A DNA stretch of 17,942 nucleotides. Origin: Octopus sinensis. Its lineage: Eukaryota. The position numbers and the translations under genes are program-made. The stretch is taken from contig NW_021824573.1 of the NCBI RefSeq assembly GCF_006345805.1, forward strand, positions 1 through 17,942. The letters are read 5' to 3'. The notes under the pieces were generated by a model. The model did not search any database, had not been told where the DNA came from, and worked only from the letters and a program-made list of their open reading frames with translations. Within the stretch, counting starts at the first letter, position 1. The number at the start of each line of letters is the position of its first letter. Positions 9,581-17,868 of this stretch are shown in pieces.

Positions 9581-9859
9581 ACCGTCACAACAACCCACAA
9601 CAACTGCAATAACAACAATATCCTGGAAATATGTGGGTATTGACACGTGGTAAATCTTAGGCTTTCCCCAGCGGCGATTTTCGCGCCAATATTATTTCAA
9701 TAAAGGATACACCAACAGCAGTAACAACAATAACAGCAGCAACTGCGGTCACGCCAGTCAATCAGGTGGATTATGGGAAAATGAGTTAGGTTGCGCGAGG
9801 TCCCTTCTTGCGTCACAGCATTACCATGTAATACGAATGTGGCGGAGGGTGGTTGGGTG

Positions 9860-9989
9860 GGGTGCAGTAGTAGTGGTACTAGTAGTAGTAGTAGGAGGAG
9901 GAGGAGGAGTTGTGGCAGTGGTGATAGTGTTGGTGGTTGTTGTTGTTGTAGGAGGAGGAGGGGAGGAGAGGGTGATGGTATTGGTGGTT

Positions 9990-10020
<31 letters not shown>

Positions 10021-10544
10021 GAGGAGGAGGAGGAGGAGGAGGAGTTGTGGCAGTGGTGATGGTGTTGGTGGTTGTAGTAGTAGTAGTAGGAGGAGGAGGA
10101 GGAGGAGGAGGAGGAGGAGGAGTTGTGGCAGTGGTGATGGTGTTGGTGGTTGTGGTTGTTATTGCTGTAGGAGGAGGAGGAGGAGGAGGAGGAGGAGAGG
10201 GTGATGGTATTGGTGGTTGTAGTAGTAGTAGTAGTAGGAGGAGGAGGAGGAGTGATAGCGGTGGTGGTGTTAGTGATGGTGGTAGTGCTGGTGGTGGTGG
10301 TGGTGGTGGTGGTGGGTGTGATAGTCATAGTAGTAGTAGTAGTATAAGTGGTAGGTGTGATAGTGGTGGTGGTGGTGGTGGTGGCGGTGGTATTAGTAAT
10401 GGTAGTGGTTGCGGTGGTATTGGCAGTAGCAGCAGAAGTGGCAATAGTGATAATTTAGCAGCAGATATTTTGCTAGAAATGGTGGAATTAGTAGAGGTGG
10501 TAATGGTATTAACAGCACAAGTGATGCTGGTTGTTGCGGTGGAG

Positions 10545-10631
<87 letters not shown>

Positions 10632-10670
10632 CTGATTTTGGTGGGGGTGATGCTGGTGGGGTTTAGTTAA
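9860..10670 (+). repeat. Compound (AGT)/(GGA)/(GGT)n tract with higher-order repeated spacers
   Basis: Direct reading. GGAGTTGTGGCAGTGGTGATRGTGTTGGTGGTTGT occurs three times and GGAGAGGGTGATGGTATTGGTGGTTGTAGT twice. Confidence 0.9.
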
Positions 10671-10946
10671 GTTGTTAATATTCTAAAGTTTTTGCGGTTT
10701 ACCCCATGGAAAAACAGGCGTCCATCGAAGACAATTATAGTCTTCTTGTGTCCCTAATTATATGCTCCAGTGTGCTGCCTTATGGTCAGTGTTTACCCAG
10801 TCAATGTCCAGCCTCCATCCCTACACTATTCACTGGCCAAACTGATCGCCATTGTAATTGACAATAGACAGGTCAGAGGTTACAGCAGACATGGTGATTT
10901 TTGCATTATAGCTCGCCCTTTTCCTTCTTTCATTCTCTGCCAACCT

Positions 10947-11120
10947 ATTTATCTATCTATCTATCTATCTATCTGTTTGTCTGTCTATATGTTTGTCTAT
11001 TTATCTATCTAAATATTTATCTATCTATTCATCCATATATCAATCAAGCTATCTATCTATATATTTATCTATCTATCTTCCTGTCTATCTTTCTATCTAT
11101 GTGTCTATCTACATCTGTCT
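10947..11120 (+). repeat. Imperfect (TATC)n tetranucleotide repeat
   Basis: Direct reading. Confidence 0.9.
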
Positions 11121-11184
11121 AGAAAACTTTGTAATATTGTTATATCACTAGAGAACGGAGTAGCTCAAAACATCATCCAAATGA

Positions 11185-11330
11185 TTATTATGATGACGAG
11201 GACTGGGGTGGCGACGATGATGACGACGACGATGGAGGTGACGATGATGAAGACGACGATGACCATACTGATGACCTTCAAGGATCAAGATGACGACGTC
11301 AATGATGATGACGATGATGATGTATGAGGA
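11185..11330 (+). repeat. Degenerate (GAT)/(GAC)n tract
   Basis: Direct reading. Confidence 0.8.
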
Positions 11331-11382
11331 TGCTATCAAAATATTTAGCGTACAAACCGACACGAATGGCTGTGAGGTTAAG

Positions 11383-11691
11383 AATAATTGACTGCTCGAG
11401 GTGTTCTGTCAACAGCTAAAAGGGTTTCGATCCTTATTGGTATTCATTTTCTTATTCAATAGTTTTTGCATTATATAATATAATCATTGTAGATAACACA
11501 CCCGATTGTCTAATATACCCGATTAATCACGAGGATATAATAATATTTGCGTTATTCGTTGAAATATCAGGGAAAGACTTTGCATCCCGAATGTGTATCT
11601 GGCTCAAGTCAGCTGTCGAAAGCCAAACATCACCAGTGTACATCTAGAATATGGAATGGTTGTGGTGGTAATGAATGTACATATATTTATA
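11383..11691 (+). repeat. Left arm of a ~309 bp inverted duplication (partner 12853-13161)
   Basis: The reverse complement of 12853-13161 matches at roughly 94% by hand count. It explains the twin ORFs MRYSLKYQGKTLHPEC.. (11547+) and MRYLLKYHGKTLRPEC.. (12997-). Confidence 0.95.
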
Positions 11692-12031
11692 CGAGCAAAA
11701 CGCCCCCCACCGTCCAATGGATGGTGCTGAGTTGTCAAACATTTAAACTAATTTTTCTCAAAACAACTTGTCTCGTCTTTGAGAAACACTGATTTAACCT
11801 AAATTTGAGACACCAACAAAAGAAGAAATAAAGATAGAATTTTTTCTATTCCAAAGAATGCTTTATCGATCGTATTCTCACCTGGAATCGATTTTTGTAA
11901 TTTTTTGAAGACTTATACACGCCCTGATACTGTCGGTATCTACATATCAAATTTGAGCGCAATCGGATGGAGGCTGCTCGAGATCCTAGAAGGCACACAC
12001 ACAGACAGACAGAACGGATTTTATATAATAG
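11688..12031 (+). mobile_element. Probable non-autonomous Helitron-like element
   Basis: Present only in the left copy of the inverted duplication, so it is an insertion or deletion. Begins TATACGAGC.. and ends ..AAATTTGAGCGCAATCGG..CACACACAGACAGACAG..TTTTATATAATAG|AT, a 3' architecture I recall from invertebrate non-autonomous Helitron-like repeats. No TIR or TSD seen. Confidence 0.5.
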
Positions 12032-12055
12032 ATTGTATCAGTCTTTATTGTACAC

Positions 12056-12209
12056 AGGCGTGGCTATGTGGTAAGAAGTTTGCTTCCCAACCATTTGGTT
12101 CCGAGTTCAGTCCCAATGCGTGACATCTTGAGCAAGTGTCTTCTACTAAAGCTTTGGGCAGAACAAAGACTTGTGAAAATATTTGGTTGACGGAAACTAA
12201 AAGAAGACA

Positions 12210-12243
<34 letters not shown>
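12056..12243 (+). mobile_element. 5' half of a family A SINE ending in its (TA)n tract
   Basis: AGGCGTGGCTATGTGGTAAGAAGTTTGCTTCCCAACC..GTTCAGTCCC..CGGAAACTAAAAGAAG followed by (AT)15. Confidence 0.85.
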
Positions 12244-12249
<6 letters not shown>

Positions 12250-12264
12250 CATAAGTTTGTTTTC

Positions 12265-12675
12265 GTATCTTTTCGGTTTGAACGGCAGTTTTTCTAGCGG
12301 TGTCATATGAAATTGTCACCCATAATTATGACCCTAGTATCGATCTATTGCATTTCAATTTCTTTTAGGGTTAGGGGTGGGGGAAGGGTATCTTTTTTTT
12401 CTTCAGAAATATAAATAAACCCAATCTGTTTCTTAAACGAGGGACATATTCATACGGCACAGAATGTTTTCACCTCAATAGACGTCATTGATTGGTTGAA
12501 ATTACAGAAATTTTAAGAAAAAAAGCAACTAATATCTTACAAACTATAGAATTTTCTCAAAAAAGCCAAGAGAAAAAGATGTTTTATAAACACATTCTAT
12601 CAGTATACGAAGTTTAAAAGTGTTTAGTTACCTGGAAATTATTTTTAAAAACTGCCGTTCAAACCGAAAAGATCC
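12265..12675. mobile_element. MITE (non-autonomous DNA transposon) with ~28-bp TIRs and an 8-bp TSD
   Basis: Left GTATCTTTTCGGTTTGAACGGCAGTTTT and right AAAACTGCCGTTCAAACCGAAAAGATCC (one mismatch). Flanks are TTGTTTTC (12257-12264) and GTGTTTTC (12676-12683), 7/8 identical. An 8-bp TSD fits hAT, Merlin or P superfamilies; not resolved further. Confidence 0.9.
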
Positions 12676-12776
12676 GTGTTTTCGAAGCGTTGAAATGTGC
12701 TGTAGGACAAGTAGAAAGGTATATTTTTCAACGAGTAAATATTGATAGAACACCATATATAGGATAAAAGTTTATC

Positions 12777-12828
12777 GAACCCAGAACCAAATGGCTGGGA
12801 AGCAAGCTTCTTACCGCATAGGCACGCC
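12777..12828 (-). mobile_element. Family A SINE head fragment, part of the inverted duplication
   Basis: Minus strand GGCGTGCCTATGCGGTAAGAAGCTTGCTTCCCAGCCATTTGGTTCTGGGTTC, with the same upstream flank (AGTCTYTATTGTACAC) as the copy at 12056. Confidence 0.85.
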
Positions 12829-12852
12829 GGTGTACAATAGAGACTAATATAA

Positions 12853-13161
12853 TATAAATATATGTACATTCATTACCACCACAACCTTTCCATCTTCTTG
12901 CTGTACACTGGTGATGTTTGGCTTTCGACAATTGACTTGAGCCAGTTATACATTCAGGACGCAAAGTCTTTCCATGATATTTCAACAAATAACGCAAATA
13001 TTATTATATCCTCGTGATTAATCGGGTATATTAGACAATCGGGTGTGTTATCTACAATGATTATATAATATATTGCAAAAACTATTGAATAAGAAAATGA
13101 ATACCAATAAGGATCGAAACCCTTTTAGCTGTTGACAGAACACCTCAAGCAGTCAATTATT
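12853..13161 (-). repeat. Right arm of the ~309 bp inverted duplication
   Basis: Reverse complement of 11383-11691. Confidence 0.95.
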
Positions 13162-13174
13162 GAAAAATATATCT

Positions 13175-13700
13175 TTCCACTTTTATACTTCCGCTACTGT
13201 CTTTCTAGCCTAACCCTCTCGAGGTGTGGACGGCAATTCTTTTTGCTCCGTTCGTCGTTCACAAAAAAATCCGCGTTCGTAATACTTTTTTTCGTTCAGC
13301 ATTAACAGCCCTTCTTATCTTGTTTTTCCTTGTCCTGTCTTTTACTGTTTATAATTTGTACTGTCGTTACTGTCCTGTTTTTGTTACCATTTTTTACTCC
13401 TCTGCGAAAATATCTCAAAATTTTAATAGATTTGGTTTTCGCAGGAAGGAAAGTTTCTTGTCGAAGATACGTCTCGCTTTCACCTTCGAAACGTAGAGTA
13501 GATGAAACCATAGCGACTGAAGAAGGGGTTTTTTCTTTGTGTTAATTGTCCTGTACTCTATTTTTTTTGTTGTTTAAAAAAATGTCCAGTTCCTTGGTTT
13601 TGTGTCTATGTTTTCGTTTCTCATTGTGTTCGACGTCCTTTTGGTGTCCTGTACTCATATATGCGTGTATATGTACATGTAGAGGTAGGTACGTACATAT
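13175..13700 (+). mobile_element. T-rich interspersed-repeat-like element carrying a hammerhead motif; possibly a Penelope-like pLTR or non-autonomous derivative
   Basis: Non-coding, strongly T-rich on the plus strand, contains the hammerhead core motif and ends in a TA-rich tail. It resembles a sequence I recall as recurrent in Octopus DNA (unverified). Boundaries are approximate. Confidence 0.4.
13468..13529 (+). ncRNA. Candidate hammerhead ribozyme with swapped strand order; predicted cleavage after GUC at 13473
   Basis: Core CUGAAGA 13517-13523, GAAA 13488-13491 and GUC 13471-13473. Stem III is TACGT(13468-72)/ACGTA(13491-95). Stem I is TCGCT(13474-78)/AGCGA(13512-16). Stem II is ACCTTC(13482-87)/AGGGGT(13524-29) with G-U pairs. 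Confidence 0.6.
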
Positions 13701-13734
13701 ATGTTTATATATATGCATATGTTTTATTTATTAA

Positions 13735-13950
13735 TATATATATATATATATCTGCGCGCGCGCTTGCGTGTGTGCGTGTGCATTTGTGTGTGTCTGTGTA
13801 TGGGTGCGTGTGTGTGTGTGTGCGCGTGTGTGTGTGACCGCCACTACTGCTTGTATTTACGTGCCCGTAACTTAGCGGGTCTGCAAAAAGGACCGATAAA
13901 ATAAGTACTATGCTTTAAAAATAAGCCATGGCGTTGATTTGTTCGACTCA
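13735..13950 (+). mobile_element. 3' half of a family A SINE: (TA)/(TG) tract and tail
   Basis: TTTACGTGCCCGTAACTTAGCGGG..AAAAAGGACCGATAAAATAAGTACTA..GATTTGTTCGACT matches the family A tail seen at about 5200-5280 and in the reverse complement of 70-100. No head directly upstream. Confidence 0.75.
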
Positions 13951-13988
13951 TGTTAGCGTGATAGTGGCCTCTGTTGTTGTACATATAG

Positions 13989-14452
13989 CCGAAAGGATGA
14001 AAGGCAAAGTCGACTTCAGCGGCAGACAAAATACCTATTTCTTTACTACCCACAAGGGGCTAAACACAAAGAGGACAAACAAGGACAGACAAACGGATTA
14101 AGTCGATTATATCGACCCCAGTGCATAACTGGTACTTATTTAATCGACCCCGAAAGGATGAAAGGCAAAGTACTAGTTACGCACTGGGATCGATATAATC
14201 GACTTAATCCGTTTGTCTGTCCTTGTTTGTCCTCTTTGTGTTTAGCCCCTTGTTGGTAGTAAAGAAATAGGTATTTCATCTGCCGTTACGTTCTGAGTTC
14301 AAATTCCGCCGAGGTCGACTTTGCCTTTCATCCTTTCGGGGTCGATTAAATAAGTACCAGTTATGCACTGGGGTCGATGTAATCGACTTAATCCCTTTGT
14401 CTGTACTTGTTTATCCCCTCTATGTTTAGCCCCTTGTGGGCAATAAAGAAAT
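13989..14452. mobile_element. Cluster of headless family B SINE segments: minus copy about 13989-14171, plus tandem copy about 14170-14452
   Basis: Repeated GTCGACTTTGCCTTTCATCCTTTCGG, GCACTGGGGTCGAT..ATCGACTTAATCC and TTTAGCCCCTTG..TAAAGAAATA segments on both strands. Confidence 0.85.
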
Positions 14453-14459
14453 ATTGTTC

Positions 14460-15077
14460 TGGCTTTCAACTCCTGCCGAGGTCAACTTTGCATTTCATTC
14501 TTTCAGGCTAGATAAAATAAGGTACCAGTGAAGTATCTTCCGAGATTGATAACATAAAGTACCAGTCAAACATTGATGTCGAAGTGATCAACTAAACACC
14601 CCTCCCCTCAAAAATTACTGGATCTGTTCCTAAATTGGCTTCAAATTTTGGCACAAGGCCAGCAAGTTCCGGGTAAGGGATAAGTCGCACACATCGACCC
14701 CAGTGCTCAGTTGGTATTTATTTTATCGATTTCGAAAGGAAAAAGGCCAAAATCGATCCCAGCAGAATTTGAACTCAGAAAGGTAAAGCGGAATAAAATG
14801 GCGCTAAGTATTTTACCTGGCGCGCTAATGATTCTGCCAGCTCACCACCTTGTTTCTAAATTCCATTTCAAATTTTGACACAAGGCCAGCAATTTCGGTC
14901 GAGGTGGTTAGTCGATTACATCAACCCTCAATGCTAAACTGTTACTTGTTTTATCGACCCCGGCAGGATGAACGGCAAGGACGACTCCAGCAGAATTTGA
15001 ACTCAGAACATAAAGACAGACAAAATGCCACTAAGCGTTTTGCCCGGCCCGCTGACGATTCTGCCAGCTTGCTGCCT
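14460..15077. mobile_element. Older diverged family B-type SINE copies: plus fragment about 14460-14600, minus copies about 14630-14850 and 14868-15077
   Basis: Minus copies end in GATTCTGCCAGCTCACCACC and GATTCTGCCAGCTTGCTGCC (reverse complement of the head), and both contain GCAGAATTTGAACTCAGAA and ACAAGGCCAGCAA. Confidence 0.75.
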
Positions 15078-15117
15078 GCTTTGTTCCTAAAGTAGAAACA
15101 ATTAAAAGATGATGGGT

Positions 15118-15350
15118 TGACAGAACGTTTAGAAGGTCTTGTGGGTTATGTGCAGCCCGCAGGACATTCTGCATGGCACGCCTAGCCAAAACTTACCTGG
15201 ATTTTTTGTTTCTGTAATGCGGCTTGCCTGATGTTAACCCATGTCTCACGCGGCTCGCTTCTCGAAAACGGTTGCCTATGCCTGCTTTAGAGTGCCAGAC
15301 AAATTTTTCTTTGTAAGATTTCTTCTGGCTCTACGTTCTGAGTTCAAATC
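15118..15350 (+). mobile_element. Degenerate family B-like SINE head, possibly interrupted by an old hAT-type MITE remnant (about 15135-15284)
   Basis: TGACAGAACGTTTAGA resumes as TTTAGAGTGCCAGACAAA..CTACGTTCTGAGTTCAAATC. The intervening segment has GCAGCCCGCAGG and ends GTTGCCTATGCCTG. The left TIR is not clearly recognisable. Confidence 0.35.
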
Positions 15351-15413
15351 TTATGCTTAGTGATACTTAGAGATGCTTAGTGGAATTTCGTCCGTTTATT
15401 ATTATCAGTAGTA

Positions 15414-15629
15414 TAAAGGCGGCGAGCTGGCAGAAACGTTAGCACGCCGGACGAAATGCTTAGCGGTATTTCGTCTGCCGCTACGTTCTGAGTTCAAATT
15501 CCGCCGAGGTCGACTTTGCCTCTCATCCTTTCAGGGTCGATTAAATAAGTACCATTTGCATATTAGAGTCGGTCTAATCGACTGGCTCCCTCCCAAAAAA
15601 TTTCGGGCCTTGTGCCTAGAGTAGAAAAG
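15414..15629 (+). mobile_element. Young full-length family B SINE with a 16-bp TSD
   Basis: AAAGGCGGCGAGCTGGCAGAAACGTTAGCACGCCGG..GTTCAAATTCCGCCGAGG..GTGCCTAGAGTAGAAAAG. Direct repeat ATTATTATCAGTAGTA at 15398-15413 and 15630-15645. Confidence 0.9.
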
Positions 15630-15799
15630 ATTATTATCAGTAGTAGTAGTAGTAGTAGTAGCTCTAGTGTTGTTTTTGCTCATGCCTTAGTTAGCAGAGA
15701 TGTGTATGTATATGTGTGTCTGTGTATGTTAGTGTGTATGAGTGATGTGAGTGTGTGTGTGTGGTTGTGTCACAATGGCATTAGTGACATTGGCGGAAT

Positions 15800-15977
15800 T
15801 AGAGTTTTGTGGTGGTTGTGGTGGTGGTGGTGGTGGTGGAGGGGTGATGGTTGTGGTGGTAATGGTGGTTTGTGGTGGTGGTGGTGAAGCTACCGCTGGT
15901 AGAGGTGACGATGGTTATAAAGGCGATCAGGAAAGAAAGAGGTAGAGAGAGAAAGAGAGGAGAGAAAGAGAAAGAAA

Positions 15978-16010
<33 letters not shown>
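15800..16010 (+). repeat. (GGT)n tract followed by a (GA)n tract
   Basis: Direct reading. Confidence 0.85.
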
Positions 16011-16012
<2 letters not shown>

Positions 16013-16249
16013 GGGACGTGACGAAAATGGACATGTCTAAATACTCTTCCACAAGAGAGGATTTTAAAGCCGTTTAGCAGGTGACGGTGGCGGTGGTGCG
16101 GAAAACGGTGGAGGATTTATGGAGAGGTACGGGGTCGGGGTCGTACTTTGTGGTGGAATGGTGTTGATCTGTGAATATTGCGTTTTGGAGAGCGTTATGC
16201 TGTAAAAGCCGTACGAGTTTGGTAGGGTGGGTAATGTTAATGGTGGCGA

Positions 16250-16297
16250 TACCAGTGGTAGTACAGCTGATGCTGTCTGACACTGATAGTAGTAGTG

Positions 16298-16328
<31 letters not shown>

Positions 16329-16562
16329 CGGTGGTGGTGGTGGTGGTGGTAGTTGTAGTAGTAGTAGTAGTACTGGTGGTTGTGGTGGTGATGGTAACTG
16401 TAGTAGCAGCAGTGGTGGTAGTGGTGGTGGTATTGGTGGTGGTGGTGGTGGTGGTCGATAATAACATAAGTAGTAGTAGTAGTTCAGTACATGATAGCAG
16501 TACCAGGAGGAGGAGAAGGAAGAGGAGGACGAAGACGTGGAGGACGAGGTGTTCAGTTCATG

Positions 16563-16605
<43 letters not shown>

Positions 16606-16622
16606 TAGAAGAAGAAGAAGAA

Positions 16623-16661
<39 letters not shown>

Positions 16662-16800
16662 ACAGTGATGATGCTGGGAGTAGCGCATGTGCATTGGTAT
16701 AGCACCGGTGATGGTAGTAGTGGTAGAGGCGGCGTTGGTGGTGTTGGTGGTGGTGGTGGTGGTGGTGGTGGTGGTGGTTGTGGTGGTGGGATGATGGAGA
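16250..16800 (+). repeat. Compound (AGT)/(GGT)/(ACT)/(GAA)n microsatellites
   Basis: Direct reading. Confidence 0.9.
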
Positions 16801-17019
16801 GATGGTATCGTCGGTGGTGTTTGGTTGTTCTGTTAGTGGGCCTCTGGTGAGTTGATGGGTTGGGGTACGAAGTATACAGAAATTGCCCGTCGCAAAATTC
16901 TTCCAGGTGGAAAAACCTGTATGCAAAGTTGAGTTCCTTGCAGGCATAAAAACCCGGCCCTTACGGCTGATAACTATAAACCAATAGACTGTATAATTAC
17001 ATGGCTGTTAATGATCACT

Positions 17020-17046
17020 GGGCAATATGCACACGCACACACACAT

Positions 17047-17077
<31 letters not shown>

Positions 17078-17124
17078 GTGCGCGTAAGTATGCATATATG
17101 TACACACATATGTGTGTGTACATA

Positions 17125-17160
<36 letters not shown>

Positions 17161-17470
17161 TGTATACATAATATATATATATATGTACACACACACAACA
17201 TACACACACACATATATACATACGTACAAACACACGTGTTTGTATGTATATATATGTACGTATATATGTATATATGTATACATAGGTGTGTGTTTGCTTG
17301 TGTGTGTATACGTGTATTCCTGAATGCATGTATTTATATATGTGTACGTATATATATATATATATATGCATACATACATACATTCATAAGAACACACACA
17401 CACTTATACATACATACATACATACATACACACATACACACATACATACATACATACATACATACATACA

Positions 17471-17500
<30 letters not shown>
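17020..17500 (+). repeat. Compound (CA)/(TA)/(TATG)/(CATA)n microsatellite
   Basis: Direct reading. Confidence 0.9.
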
Positions 17501-17502
<2 letters not shown>

Positions 17503-17779
17503 CAACACAAAGAGAGAAAATGAAATATAGAAAGAGAAAGAAAGTGAAAGAAAGAAAAAGAGAGAAGGAGGCACAGAAACGGGGAGGGAGGCTTGTCCGG
17601 AGAAGGGAGGGAAAAAGTCATCGATTTGTTTCGTTTACGTTTAAAAAAATAGCCCAAATTAATTTACATTTGAAATTACGGAAATTGTTCCATATTTTAT
17701 AAAAAATTAATGAATCTGACACAATTTCCAATATTCTCTTTCTAATTTCTCTCTCATAAATTTCTTTTTGTTTTTATCT

Positions 17780-17806
17780 TTTCTCTCTCGCTCTCTCGCT
17801 CTCTCT

Positions 17807-17865
<59 letters not shown>
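17780..17865 (+). repeat. (CT)n microsatellite
   Basis: Direct reading. Confidence 0.95.

Positions 17866-17868
<3 letters not shown>

Noticed and set aside
7149-9646. Long minus-strand ORFs (353 aa and 243 aa, VVMVVMVVVKVKVG repeats)
   Set aside because: They are open only because the 42-bp unit lacks stops in that frame; no non-repetitive coding context.
9791-10670. Gly/Ser/Arg/Val-rich ORFs
   Set aside because: Translations of (AGT)/(GGA)/(GGT) repeats.
11547-12997. Twin Cys-rich ORFs MRY(S/L)LKY.. on opposite strands as a duplicated small-peptide gene
   Set aside because: They are explained by the inverted duplication. They start at alternative codons, diverge at the insertion point, and most differences change amino acids.
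11383-13161. Whole structure as a Mutator or foldback transposon with long TIRs
   Set aside because: No TSD at the outer ends (..GGTTAAG versus GAAAAAT..) and the arms include a SINE junction; kept only as an alternative in the findings.
15612-17702. Overlapping low-complexity ORFs on both strands
   Set aside because: Microsatellite-derived; the unique spacers (about 16010-16250 and 16800-17010) gave no recognisable protein or RNA motif.
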